DNA of 64,000 nucleotides, taken from NCBI RefSeq assembly GCF_009914755.1, contig NC_060930.1; one strand, given 5' to 3'. The notes below the pieces were generated by a model that had not been told where the DNA came from, searched no databases, and was given only the letters and a program-made list of their open reading frames with translations. Made by a program: the position numbers and the translations under genes. Each line of letters starts with the position of its first letter. Position 1 is the stretch's first letter. This document shows positions 39,045 to 52,785 of the stretch, in pieces. This stretch comes from the human T2T-CHM13v2.0 reference genome, Homo sapiens.

Positions 39045-39166
39045 TTTATTTATTTATTTATTTATTATACTTTAAGTTTTAGGGTACATGTGCACAACCT
39101 GCAGGTTTGTTACATATGTATACATGTGCCATGTTGGTGTGCTGCACCCATATATGAGTTAATGGG
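39045..39166 (-). mobile_element. Tiny (~120 bp) young L1PA (L1PA3-like) 3' end with micro 5' inversion
   Basis: (TTTA)n tail plus ttatactttaagttttagggtacatgtgcac...gctgcacccat, then sense-strand gagttaatggg; TSD tatgtt(t/c)gatgttta at 39030-39044 and 39167-39181. Confidence 0.92.
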
Positions 39167-39774
39167 TATGTTCGATGTTTAAATCAGAAAGTTGTTCCGC
39201 CAAAATCTGAGAAATTAAGAACTTTTTATGTAACTCTATCACTTCTTTCTGAAGTATGACATGCCATATTATGTGATCATAGCAATAATCTAATTGCAAT
39301 GACTAGTTCTTACACCACAGATTTTCAGACTCACTGTGGGATGGATAGTAAAGGATGGCAATGGTTGGTTAAATAGGGAAAAAGAATACGGACCAATGAA
39401 TATGCAGGATGAATGAACAGCATTTACTGATGAACAACACAATTCCCCTCTATTAATACCAAGGACTGAATTACAACTGAGATCCTTGCTCTTCACACAC
39501 TGGCAAAGACCTTTGGCAGCAGAGGGCTGAGTCATTTTTATCTGCCGTGTTGCCATGGGATTCTACTGCCCTGGAGATCCTTCTACTGGCACCTGTAGCA
39601 CCAGCAATGTGCATCACTCGCACTGGGAACTCTCTCAGGGAAGAAGCAGAGACAACCCACCTGCGAACTTTTCAAAATCAGAAAGTGTCATTTTTGCAGT
39701 GATTGAGTTATCTCTTTTCCATGAATGAGCATAGCTTGATCATTTTTGCTTTTAACCTGATGTCACTAAGAGCT

Positions 39775-39802
39775 GTATGTGTGTGTGTGTCTGTGTGTGT
39801 GT
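39775..39802. repeat. (TG)n microsatellite
   Basis: Visible in sequence. Confidence 0.8.
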
Positions 39803-40864
39803 TTAAGTATAACTGACTTCTAATGTATCAATATGACAAATGAATTACTGGATTGACTCATTTTTTCTCTGAGCACAGAATATCAAGATGCATATCATTA
39901 AGCTCTGCTATTCTGTCTTGCTCAGAAAAAACTGAAAAAAATAAAAAACTTAAAATATTCAACATAATTAATCACCAATTAATACTGAAAGCATATGTTA
40001 TATTTTAAATGCCTGAAATATATATATTTTACATTTTAGGGTAAGAATGAGTCTATCTAGTTAGGCAAAATTTCCATGAGATAGCATTCATCCATTTATA
40101 TTTTATGATTACTCAGAGCCCTGGCTGAAATTTAGGTTTTACTTCCAATAAAGAACATTTTTCTTAGATTAATAATATCATAAGACCAAAGAGGAATGTT
40201 TGAACTTATTAAAAATAGATAACTCTTCAAATATGCTAGAACAATTTAGAAAAATTGATTTACATTTAAATAATTTATGTATTTATATGATTATTATCTG
40301 TCTGATAAAATTTTATCTGTTGCTGTCTAAGATTATTCTACAATAATTCATTAACATAATTTGAAAAATTCTCGGCACTTAAAAGTCATTCAACATTTCT
40401 TTAGAATTTATGTTCTACATGAATTTGTGAACAGAGAAGAGTAATAGAACTCAGAGCTCAATATTTTGTTTCTTTACAATTCTATGAGAAATGCATAATT
40501 TTATGAAAATTTAAAATTTTTGATTCAACTGATATTTATGGAATGTTTACTATGTGCCAAAAGGCATTAGTTGCTATGACAAAGACTGAAAGATGTCTAT
40601 CCCATGTTCAATCTTTACTTCTTCCTGAGCAGAACTCTGTTTTCTGTTGGGTGTGGGAATGGCAGTGTATCTAACTGAGAAACTGCATTTCCCAGCTTTC
40701 TTTTCAGATAAAGAGGCCACATGACGAAGATCTGGCCAGTAAGTTGTAGTAGAAGGTGTACAGTGAGCTGATTTGGCCAGATGTCAGCCCTTCCATCTTT
40801 CTTCAGCTTGTTGCTTGGAACAAAAAATTGAGGGCTGGAGTTCCATGATAAAAACCAGCATTCA

Positions 40865-40992
40865 AAAGAGAGGGAGAGAGAGAGAATGAGGGAGAGAGGG
40901 GGGAGCGAAGGAGAAGGGGAGAGGAGGGAACAAAAGGGGAGGGGAAGGAAGGGAGAATAAAGAGAGAAAGAGAGAGAGAGAGAGAGAAGGAG
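40865..40992. repeat. GA-rich polypurine tract
   Basis: Visible in sequence; probably expanded from the MLT2 internal microsatellite. Confidence 0.85.
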
Positions 40993-41417
40993 ATTTACTA
41001 TAAACAATTGTCTCATGAGGGTATGAGGGCTGACAAGTCCCAAGATGGGCAATCAACAAGCTGGGGGTCCAGGAGAGCCAATTGTGTAGTTCCAGTCTGA
41101 AGTCCAGTAGGCTCAAGTCCCAGGAAGAACTGATGTTTCAGTTTAAGTGGAAAGAGAGGAGAAGACTGATGTCCCTGTTTGGAGGCAATCAGGCAGCAGG
41201 AATTTCTCTCTTATTTAGCCTTTTGGTTCTATTCAGACCTTCAACTGATTGACTAAGGCCCAGAAACTTTAGGGAGGACAATCTGCTTTACTCAGTCTAC
41301 CAATTTAAATGTTAATCTCATCACAAACACCCTCATAGCACACCCAGAATAATGTTTGACCAAATATCAAGGCCATCCATGACCTAGTCAAGTGGACACA
41401 TAAAACTAACCATTATA
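40990..41417 (-). mobile_element. MLT2B (ERVL) LTR
   Basis: ggctgacaagtcccaagat...caatctgctttactcagtctaccaatttaaatgttaatctcatc...gtcaagtggacacataaaactaacc. Confidence 0.88.
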
Positions 41418-42089
41418 GTGATATGACACAGCAGCCCTGAACAGTGTGCTTCTACATTTCCTCTGTGTGAAAGAGGAATAAATCTCTACATTGTTTAGCC
41501 CACTGTTTTACAGACCTCTTGCAGCCAAATGCAATTTCTAGCTGATATAGTGACTACAGCCACATAGGATTATCTGAATTTCCCACAAATATTTTAGAAT
41601 TTCAAACATCATTTCGCATAAGAAATGCTCAGCAAATACATTCTAATGTTGATATCTAAGATCAGGACAAAATCTCTACTAAACTAATTTATATGACTAT
41701 AATCCATAAATTAAACCATATTATGTTATAAAAATTCTTTCTTACTTAAAAAATCCCAGTTTTCTTTCTTTTATGTTACTTTCCATTCATTTCACCTGGT
41801 TAATTCACATTCATCTTTCAGAATTATGTGTCAACCCTTCCAGGGAGTTTTCCAGACATGAGGTATTTCTCCCAAGTTCTCCATTAGCACGCTGCACTTG
41901 CTACCTTCTGTTATTTTGAATACTTAGTCATCTGATGAGTTCTCAGAGAACGGATGTTTTATTGAGGCTTCTTTTCTTCTAAATATTTGGGGCCTCATGT
42001 GAGGAGGGCTAAGTTAATTTTACTTCTGAATTCATTGCATATTATCTCACTTTGTTCTCACAAAACCATCCAACACCTAGTACTAATTT

Positions 42090-43420
42090 GTTTACTCACT
42101 TACTTAAACCCTTTTATCTCTATATACACTCCAATTTCTCTCTGTTATCCCATAGGCAACCTGAGTAATGTGTTCATGTGTACCGTCATATTCATACATG
42201 TCCTTGTAAATTGTTTTGTTTCACATGCAGGTATTTAACTTTTTTATTAAAGGTGTTATGCATAGTCTGTGTTTTAATTTGTTAACTAAACATATTCTGT
42301 ATTTTGATTTGCTTATTCAATACTATATTTTTAAGATCCCTTCATGGTGCCATGTATATATTTAATCAATTGCATCTAGCTGGAGCATAATGTTCTCTTT
42401 AATACAGCTGCCACAATTTTCCTATTTATTCTCACAAGGACATTTTAGTGGTTCCAAATTCCCATCACCACATAACTAAATAACAAGCATTCATTTACAA
42501 TTCCCTTTAGATTGTGAGAATTTGTGTGTGTGTACAATATTTATATATATTATAAATACATACACATATGTGTATAATGTATGTTTTTATGTATACATAT
42601 ATTATATGTACATACATGTGTGTATAAGTGTGTATAAATGTAACTATCTCTTAAAAGCTGTATTGCTGGGTCACAGGAAACTCACATGTTTAATTTGACT
42701 AAGCAGTGCAAAAATACTCTCCAAAATAGCTGAACCTATCTCCTCTCCTACCATAAGCATATGAGAATATCAATATGCCAATGTCCTTACCAACATTTGG
42801 CATTACTTACCTTCCAAATTTTTAGCTGTCTAGCCATGTAAAATGGTATTTTGTTTTTTATTTTGCATTTCTCTGATTACTGATATATTTAAGAATCACT
42901 TTACATACTTCTCAGGCTTTTGGGGGTTCTTCTTTTCTGTATCATTGTGCATTCTTATTGGATTGCTGTTTTTTGTTAATGTTGATGATTTTCAGGAGTT
43001 CCTTGTGTTCCTTATACATGAAGAAGTTTCCAGAGTTAGACATTTGAAATATATTCTCCCATTTTGCCACATGTCCATTACCTAATCCATTAAATCCCTT
43101 ATTGAACAGAAATACTTATTTTGATGTGAAACAATCAAGTTTACCTTATAGTTTGTACTTTTTGAAGCTTTGTTTACAAAGTTCTTCCCCACCTCATCTC
43201 TTAATCAAAAAGATATTCTCTTATATTTTTATTTTACCAACTTCCAGATTTGTCTTTCATGTTTTGGTATTTAATTCATCTGGACTCTACCATTGTATGT
43301 GGAAATAGGTAGGAATCCAGTTTTATTTTTTCTCCATATAGTGAATCAATTTTCCCAAGGTCATTTTCTAAACGACTAGTTTTTTCCCATTATTTATGGT
43401 TTCCTGTTTATGATAAGTAC
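42090..43420 (-). mobile_element. Ancient L1ME 3' region
   Basis: attgctgggtcacagg...ccttaccaacatttggcatt...ttttgcatttctctgattact...aatcaattttccca. Confidence 0.75.
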
Positions 43421-43731
43421 ATACACAAACCTGTGCGAGCTTTTTATTGTATCTTATTATGTGTGTGTGTGTCTTAACTGTTATTATTCATCATGTCAAT
43501 CTCTATATCCTGGGAATCTGATAGAATGCCTAGAATTATTGTGTAGAATAAATGACAATGACCTATTTATACTAAAGCCTTTTAAACCAGTGTTCACTTA
43601 ACATAATTGTCAAATCAAACAGAGCTCTCTTCCCACTTTAAACATAGCCTGATGCTCACAGTCTCTAAACACTCACAGCTGAAATCTCACTTGCTCTTGC
43701 ATTTTTGTATCCACCAGCCAAATTGTATTTT

Positions 43732-43755
43732 CTCTTTCTTTCTTTCTTTTCTTTT

Positions 43756-43822
<67 letters not shown>

Positions 43823-43832
43823 CTTTCTTTCT

Positions 43833-43868
<36 letters not shown>

Positions 43869-43890
43869 TTTTCTTTCTTTCTTTTTTTTT
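43732..43890. repeat. (TTTC)n STR expanded from an Alu polyA tail
   Basis: About 160 bp pyrimidine tract abutting the Alu and lying inside its TSD. Confidence 0.95.
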
Positions 43891-44170
43891 CTGAGAAGGA
43901 GTCTCGCTCTGTCACCAGGCTGGAGTGCAGTGGCACGATCTCTGCTTACTACAACCTCTGCCTCTCAGGTTCACGTGATTCTCCTGCCTCAGCCTCCTGA
44001 GTAGTTGGGACTACAGGCATGCGACACCATGCCCAGCTAATTTTTGTATTTTTAGTAGAGACTTGGTTTCACCATGTTGACCAGGATGGTCTCAATCTTT
44101 TGACCTCGTGATCCACCCGCCTCAGCCTCCCAAGTGCTGGGATTACAGGCGTGAGCCACCGTGCCTGGCC
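43891..44170 (-). mobile_element. AluSc-like element
   Basis: ctgtcaccaggctgg and gacctcgtgatcc diagnostics; TSD caaa(t/c)tgtatt. Confidence 0.93.
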
Positions 44171-44199
44171 CAAACTGTATTCTTATAAGCATTAGGTAT

Positions 44200-44760
44200 C
44201 TTAGTTCCCAAAGTGTTTATGCCCACTGTACTTACTGTAACTATACAGTTTAAATATTACATAAACAAATGAAATGGGAGTGAAAAGAGGGGGTTGTTTC
44301 AATAAAAACTGTTTTTGAAGTATTGCAAAAAGGAGAATTGTTAAATGATTATTGCAAAAGAGGTGTGGACTAGGCAACTGTGAATGATTGGGACAAAAGG
44401 ATGTAAATAATAAAGATGCAGAAGAATTCTCCACTCAGATGGCTTTACATTCCTGTCCACTTGAGAGTAACCAAAACTGGAAAACACAGACTATGTCTCA
44501 ACGGACATGTTCTATGTAATTCAGGTGAATTATAATTATAAACAAGGTATCTGCATCCCAAAATAATGGCCTCTAATCAAAAGATTGACACAAGAATATA
44601 TATCTATACACACACACACATACATATACACATATATACACAAACACATTGAAAGAACATGTATGTATGTATCATTATTATAATCATTTTTATGATATTT
44701 ATGATTCCTTGTTTTAATCAACTTTTGCAATTTACTAATTAATTATGAGATTGGATAAGA
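44200..44760 (+). mobile_element. Old Tigger-family (Tigger15-like) fragment
   Basis: gaagaattctccactcagatggct...aaccaaaactggaaa resembles a Tigger transposase HTH region. Confidence 0.5.
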
Positions 44761-44913
44761 GACAATCTATAAGGCAACTGCATAAAGGGAGTCACAGGTT
44801 CTAAATAAGCACACATTCGAAATTTGAGAATACATTTAGAAAACTATTCTCCAAGAATTTATTTAGATCATTTAACTTTTTTCCCCTTTGATTATTAAAA
44901 TTAGAGGTACTAG

Positions 44914-45285
<372 letters not shown>

Positions 45286-45774
45286 TAAATTTTTTAGAGG
45301 AACAAATCCAGAACAGCAGTTACAAACAGAAAGAATACCACCAGCTCCTGGGAAATTTTGAGGAATTCCTGAAAGATAGGAAGCAGATGGAGTCAGAATG
45401 TCAGAGAAACAAAAGCAGAGAAAACAACAGCCAAAACACACAGATGAGAAAATTACTTTTAAAAGCAATTTCACTTATAATCAAAACTCGGAATCAAAAA
45501 TCAAGAGGAGCTTAGGAAATAGTCAGGGTAACTGAAGTACCACATTTTGATTAACCAGGCCAATTTCACCCCTCTTGTGCCCACTTATGTTAAACAACAG
45601 GCAGTAGCTATGAGTCTCCCAAATATTCTTTTTTAAAACTATCTCCAAAGAAAACCCAGGTCTTTAATAACGTGAGTGATCTTCAAAGATAAGGTTCTTC
45701 ACACTACTGATGGGAGTAGTGTGAGAAAAACAGAGTAAGGCCTAAAAAAATCTTCACCCTCCATAAGGAAACTG

Positions 45775-45842
45775 GAGAAAGAAAGAGAGAGACAGAGAGG
45801 GAGAGAAAAGAGGAAGAAGAAGAAGAAGAAGAGGAAGAGGAA

Positions 45843-45875
<33 letters not shown>

Positions 45876-45892
45876 AAAGAAAGAAAGAAGGA

Positions 45893-45948
<56 letters not shown>

Positions 45949-45992
45949 AAAAGAAAGAAAGAAAGAAAGAAAAAAGAAAGAGAGAGAAAGAG
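45775..45992. repeat. Compound (GA)/(GAA)n/(GAAA)n polypurine STR
   Basis: About 215 bp, almost pure purine. Confidence 0.96.
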
Positions 45993-46289
45993 GGGCAATG
46001 GACTTCAGCTTGCGCATGCTAAAGCCATAACTACGTTACTTCCTGAAGTGTGTATTTTTGCCATAAAAGGCTCCCACAATAAATATTAGGCTTTGAAAAG
46101 TAGGAAAGTACCCCAACTAATTTAAGACTATTGAATTAGCAGAGAGCTCCCACACTCTGAAAGAATCTTCAAAAGCTGGCAAACCACATTCTTGTCCTTC
46201 CATACAATTTTCAGAGAAGGCTACTTTAATCAGAACATATGTTCACAAACAATTAAACATTGATTATCATATGCAAATATGAACCATCA

Positions 46290-46670
46290 ACAATCACTGA
46301 GGATTTGAGTAAAAGCGCCAGAAAAAAGAGGCCCCACATTCACCAAATAACAGAATGCCCAATGCAGTGGAGTGAGAAGAACAAACAGAAGACAACTAAC
46401 ATACAGGTACAATTTCTATCTCAGAGAGGTTTTAGGTGACAGCGCATTTATAAGACAAGAAAAGGATTTCATGAAAAAGAAGCAGAGATCTTGGAAAAAC
46501 ATGCTCACAGAAGTTAAAAATAAAAGCAATTCAATAAATGTGCTGAGTGGTACATTGGGAATAGCAGAAGATAGAATGAATAAGCTGGAATATCTCCCTG
46601 AGGGATATTGTTGGAATGCATGAGCAAAGGACAAAGAAATGAAACACATGTAAGAAAAGCTGAGAGATCT
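46290..46670 (+). mobile_element. Ancient L1M ORF1-like fragment
   Basis: aaaagcaattcaataaatg...gcagaagatagaatgaataagctggaa resembles the ORF1 coiled-coil region. Confidence 0.5.
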
Positions 46671-46694
46671 TTACACTATGTATATGCATTTATA

Positions 46695-46870
46695 TCTATT
46701 TTCATTTGATCATTATAGCCACCTCCTAAGGTGGATTAAATTACTAATGTTCACTTGGCAGATGGGGGAAACAGTGTTGCAGTGTCACGCAGTATCCTAG
46801 AGCAAGTCAATAGTACTGCTCAGTCTAGGATTTGAGTCTCTTAAGCCCCAGGCCAAGTTCTTTCTGTCTT
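46695..46870 (-). mobile_element. MIR
   Basis: ttttcatttgatcattatagccacc...cacttggcagatgggggaaacag...taggatttgagtc. Confidence 0.55.
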
Positions 46871-47324
46871 TGACAGTATGTGAATGACTATTGAGCTCAG
46901 ATAACCAGTAAATTCCTGTTTTTTACATTATAGTACTAGGACATCCAAAAGGAGAGCATCAAGATGCTGTATCTCGGGCAAAGTTAAGGAGGCTGAAGCC
47001 CAGAGAAGGCTGTTGGATTTGGCAACTGACAAACTTTCAGAAAGGTTTCATCAGGGCTGTGGTTCTCATAAGTCAGTAGCTTTATTGGGAACTTATGAAC
47101 CTGGTGAATTCTGGGCCTAATCTTCAGAAATTATGATTCAGGTAGTGTACATGGCTTCAGAATCTCCAATTTAATAGATACCCCAGATAATTCAGAAGCA
47201 GGTTCAGAATTGAAAGCACAGAGTGGAGGATTTGGAGAGGTCAAGGTGGCTAGAATTCCCAAGATGGAGGGCCAGAAAGGAGAGAGAGTTCTGAAGACAT
47301 AGAGTTTTCCTTAAGTCTTCAGCT

Positions 47325-48345
47325 AAAACCTGTCAGCACATGATTGTGAGCAAATGACTGCAGTCTTAGGGAAAAAAACGCTGAAGCAATTGGAACAATT
47401 TCTGGAGATTACCCAAGACCAGAAGTAGTTCATGTCACACTTGCCAGAGTGAAATATTTTTGTAATACAAAGGGCACTAATAGAGTACTCAGAAACGTAT
47501 TGCCTCACTAGTGAAGCCAAATTAGCCCTAACTCAAAGAGCGGTCATGTACATCTAACAAAGCAAAAAACCAAGCCTTGGAAGGATCAAAATCTTTCCGA
47601 GTAATTTAACTACATCCTAAAGCAGAACTCAAGGATATTTAAAGAAATATTCCTTATTCACAAAAGACTGTAATGAGAAAAATTAACTAGTAGAAACAGA
47701 TCCAGAAATTACACGTGATAAAATTAGTAGATAAGGACATAAAAACAGTTATAATTACAGTCCATATACTCAAAAAGGTAGAGGAAAGCATGAACATGTT
47801 AAAAGAGATGTGGAAGTATTAAAAAGACAAATAGGACTTCTAGAGCTAAAAACAATATCTAAAGAATGAGATTAACAATGGGTTAAACACTAGAAAAAAA
47901 TATTAGTGAATTTAAAGTCCTAGCAATGTAAATGATCAAAAAGTAAAATATAGAGAGAAAAGAGAGTAAAAAAAATATGAATACACCATCAGCAAACTGC
48001 AACCCAACTTTGAGCATGTATGTGGTTTGTAGTCCCTGGGTTGAAAAAAGAGGAAAGAAATATAATTGAAGAATTATGAATAAAAAATTTCTAAATTAAA
48101 TGAAAATGATCCAAAAAGCTCAATGAACTCAAACACAAAGAACTTGAAGACATTTACGTGGAAGGCCTAACATAAATTAAATTGCCTATAGACTGTAATA
48201 AAGAGAAAAGTTTTTAATGCAGCCAGAGAAAAAAAGACATATTACTTGCCAATATATAAATATAAGGATGGCATTAGAGCTCTCATTAGAAATAATACGA
48301 ATTAGAAAATAGTGGGGCAGCATCTTTAAAGTACTGTAGTAAAAA
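47325..48345 (+). mobile_element. L1M (MC/MD-type) 5' UTR and ORF1 fragment
   Basis: agaaacagatccagaaatt...ggacttctagagctaaaaac...aaagctcaatgaactc...gcagccagagaaaaaagacatattac. Confidence 0.75.
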
Positions 48346-50309
48346 TAATGAGAAGGATAAGGCCTTCCCTATCTTTGTGTCAGAGCCCAGAATAAATGTC
48401 CAGAAAATAGTCTGAATATAATAGTTCTTGATAAATAAGTGAATATGTAGGCCTTTTTTTCTCCAATCAATGGTTAGTTTAAGGGGTAGAGTTGTGTTTT
48501 TACAAATACAACAATCAAAATTCAGAATAAAATTGTAAATGTGAATACCATGTATCACTGTACACTTCTGCAATGGTATTTTGATATATGAGAAATCTTT
48601 AAAAACCATTAAATTTATTATCTATAGGGAGAAAAGTAGAAATGATGGATTAAAGCAAGAAAAAATAACATTTTTAAAATTCTTCTCCTAAACAAAGGGT
48701 GGTTAATATCAAGTGAAAGTCCCCATATACACTCTGGCATTCAGCTAAATCCAGTCATGCTCTACCTAGAGCTGGATGCATTTTCTTTCATTTTCTCCCT
48801 TCTCTTCATTTTCCTCGCTGGATCTATCCTCTCATAAAAGTCACCAGAAAGCAGATGAATATCCATAGAAGCAAATTCCCAGAGGGTTCTAAGGTCCCGA
48901 TAGCTGTTGCTAACCTTGCTCAGAGTGCAGATGGCTGGAGGCAAACTCTCACATGAAACCCAAGGCCCAGCAGTAGAGTTCAAGCTCTTATGAATAAATC
49001 ATGCTCCTCCACTCAATATTCTGGCCTTGGGTGCTGGGTAGCATTTGTCATTCACCTGAGTCCAAACATGTCATTATAGAATTGAAGAAATTTTTGATTA
49101 TATATTCTTTATGAACCACCTACATACAACACTTGGGACTTCTTGGGCACAGGCACATCTGTGCAAAGAATTCTAAACTTGCTCTTGATATAATGGCCTT
49201 GACAGTGACAGAGTCTCCCACCTGCCCCTCAATGAAAGGATGCATTTGACTCAATAATAATTAGCATCCATTATGGGAGAGCTCTTTTTGAGGACTGAGT
49301 ATGGTCCTCCCAGGCTGCAGGTGCAGAATTATCCCCGTGACCTTTTGCTCCAGGATCAGTCATCGAGGAAAGGAGCGGGAGCCGTCAGGAGGGAATCACA
49401 GGCTGTTTATCTTCTCTAAGAATCATTGTCTGGCCTCTGCTATTCATGTCAGCGGCAGCATTTTCCTCTCGGGAAACCTACAGGAGAGGCTGAGATGCCT
49501 CATCTGTGTGCTTGCTTGCTGGAGCCTTGCGAAGAGGCACCTAGTTTTATTTTCTGTGTATCTTTATGCTCATTCTCAAAGAAAGAAAATCTACTTTATT
49601 ACAAGGAACAAAAACATAATAGAAAGAACACAGGTGGCTGAATGCTGACTGACAGGCAAGCACATAAGGAATAAGATGCCAGACAAGGCCTCTGTGTTTC
49701 CAAATGGCAGCTTCTGGCTGCCAGCGTAAGTGTGGAGCCTGCTGTGTTTGGAGGAACGCTAACCAAAAGTAGCCAAAACCCTGACCCTTCTTCACTCACA
49801 AGCTTCAAATAATGCAGGTATTACAAGATGCTACATGGAAACTTGTCTTTTCTCTCATTTGCTTTGGGTTTTTGCTTCATGTCACAGGAACAGAAAGAAA
49901 AAATCAAAAGGCAGCTGTGAACAGCTTGTTTTCTGAAGAACTGTTTTGAGAATTCTATAGATTGAATGCTTTTCTGGCTCTTTGCCATTCTTGGTGATAA
50001 ACAGAACTCCTGTTTAAGCACTTCTCAGTTCCCGCTGATCCGTCATGGTGCTTTACAAATCATTTTGTACCGTCGATTACAATGATCTGTGTCCTTCCTT
50101 CCTCCCCAGCCCCAGAAGCTCCTCAGGAGAGAGTCTGCATCTGACTCATGTTTGCTTTGCCCGCCACCCTTCCTGGTGTTCCTGAGAGTGGGTGGCAGCT
50201 GGGGGAGGAAAGACCCCAGAGGCCAGGAGAACTGGGACCAGTCAATTGGAGCATTTAAGCTTCAGATTTCTATCATGAAAACTGGAGCCATAAGATCAAC
50301 CCATTTACT

Positions 50310-50592
50310 GTAGGTCTTTATTTGAAAATCATTTTCTCCATGAACTTCACCATCAAATTTCAACACCCCTAATATTTTATATTGCCCTCCCCTACTTTAG
50401 ATTTTTTTCTTTTGTACTTATCACAGTCTGAAATACTATTTAGTTTGCTCAGTTTTCTTGTACATTGTCCATTCACTCCATTATATGATGGCAGGGACTT
50501 CTGCCTATTCTGTTTCCTACTTTATTCAGAGTGGTTAAACAGTGCCTGGTATGTAGTAGGCTCTTGATAAATATCTGCTTAGCTAATTAATT
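50310..50592 (+). mobile_element. L2 3' end
   Basis: gatggcagggacttctgcc...acagtgcctggtatgtagtaggctc. Confidence 0.8.
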
Positions 50593-50796
50593 AAAGAATA
50601 GAAGCATGTAAATTCTTTGCATATTGTCGTTGCTTAAAAATTGTTTGCTTAAAAGTGACTTGGCCGAATGAATAAACCAAATTAAATTCAACAAAAATGT
50701 TCATGTATTTGTGGAAGTTATTTGATAAATTACATGTTTAGTAACATTATGTCTGCTAGAGTTTTCGTACCTATATGTTTAAAAAGAAGTATTATT

Positions 50797-51205
<409 letters not shown>

Positions 51206-51484
51206 TCAAATTAATGTGCAAATTATAAATCTTGCTTATTGATTTGGTTGCAAAGAGCCATAGTAAATACAGAGGTGAATATAAGAATTGAGCAAGTGTT
51301 TAAACACAATTTGATTGTCCATGGGTTCACAGCTTCCAATAACATTTAGGTTGGATTATTTTGAACTCTCAGCTTTGACCTGTTTTAATTGCATTTACTG
51401 TTTTTAGAGTAATACTTCATATTACCAAGCCTGAAATATATTGTTGAAGCAATTGTGGCAAAGTTCTTTATGATTTCAAACACC

Positions 51485-52353
51485 TGTGGTAGGTGGAGAA
51501 ATGCCCCCCTCAACCCCCTGCAAAGACATCCATCTTCTAATTCTTGAAATTAGATTACAAGAATTCACAATTCTTGAAATTGTGAATGTCACCTTACATG
51601 GAAAAAAGGGAGTTTGTGGATATGATTAAGGATTTTGAGATGGGAGGATTATCCTGGATTATCCTGGATTTTCCAGGTAGGCTCAGTCTAATCACATGAA
51701 AAGTGAAGACCTTTCCTTGTTCTGATCAGAGGGAAATGCAACAATGAAAGAGTGGTGATATGGTTTGGCTGTGTCCCTACCCAAATCTCACCTTGAATTG
51801 CAATAATCCCCACATGTCAAGGGTGGGGCTAGGTGGAGAAAATTGAATCATGGGGGCAGTTTCCCCCATACTGTTCTCATGATGGTGAATAAGTCTCACG
51901 AAATCTGATGGTTTTATAAATGAGAGTTCTCCTGCACAAGCTCTCTTGACTGCCTCCATGTAAAATGTGACTTTGCTCTTCATTTGCCTTCTGCCATGAT
52001 TGTGAGGCCTACCCAGCCATGCTGAACTGTGAATCCATTAAACCTCTTTCCTTTATAAATTACCCAGTTTTGGGTATGCTTTATTAGCAGCGTGAGAACA
52101 GACTAATACAAGTGGTCAGAGAGATTTGAAGGTGGAAGAAGGGAAAGGGGGCCTCAAGAAGCTACAAAAGACAGGGAAATGGCTCTCCCTCCAGGTTCCA
52201 GAAGGAAGCACAGCCCTGCTGGCACCTTGATATTAGCTCAATAAGACCAATATCACATTTCTGACCTACAGAACTGTAAGATAACAAATTTTTGTTGTTT
52301 CATGGCACTCAGTTTGTCGTTGTTTGTTACAGCAGCAATAGAAAAACTAATAT
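51485..52353 (+). mobile_element. MLT1D LTR split by THE1
   Basis: tgtggtagg...gagatgggaggattatcctggatt...ctgacctacagaactgtaagataa...cagcaatagaaaaactaata. Confidence 0.88.
51756..52110 (+). mobile_element. THE1C-like solo LTR nested in MLT1D
   Basis: tgatatggtttggctgtgtcc...gagaacagactaataca; perfect TSD AGTGG. Confidence 0.95.
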
Positions 52354-52589
52354 TCTACCTGTTCTGATCTCACTTCCCACTATGTCCCTCTCTGCATTTT
52401 ATTCTAATAGCTATATTTGTGCCCCAAAAACATGGAACATTGAATCAAGACAGAGACTTCCATACCTTTACTCTTACTGTTCCCTCCACTGGCACCATGT
52501 CCCCACCTTTAAAGCGATCACCCATTATTCACAGTCCAGATTGAATCATCTCTGGGTCCCAAGTCAAATATAATCACTCCTTTTTCATT

Positions 52590-52785
52590 TCTTTTTCATT
52601 GAGTTCTTGCACACTTAAGTAGCATTTTTTTTTACTTTGTCTTGCAGTATGTTTACTTTGGTCTCCTCCACCATGGTTCCCAAAGGACAGAGCCCTGTGC
52701 TTTTCATCTTTGTATCCTTTACAGCACCTAGCTTAGAATCATACATGCAACGCCCATTTGATATATTTTTGCTAATTAAATGACT
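52590..52785 (+). mobile_element. L2 fragment
   Basis: aaggacagagccctgtgcttttcatctttgtatcc...cagcacctagc. Confidence 0.65.

Larger units (their letters stand above)
40612..41550 (+). mobile_element. Old MLT1 (J-like) LTR, split by a GA tract and an MLT2 LTR
   Basis: 5' part ctgcatttcccagc...ggccacatgac; 3' part gaataaatctctacattgtttagcccactg...gcagccaaatgcaatt. Confidence 0.65.

Noticed and set aside
40615-41116. 145-aa and 84-aa ORFs
   Set aside because: They span MLT1/MLT2 LTRs and a GA-rich tract.
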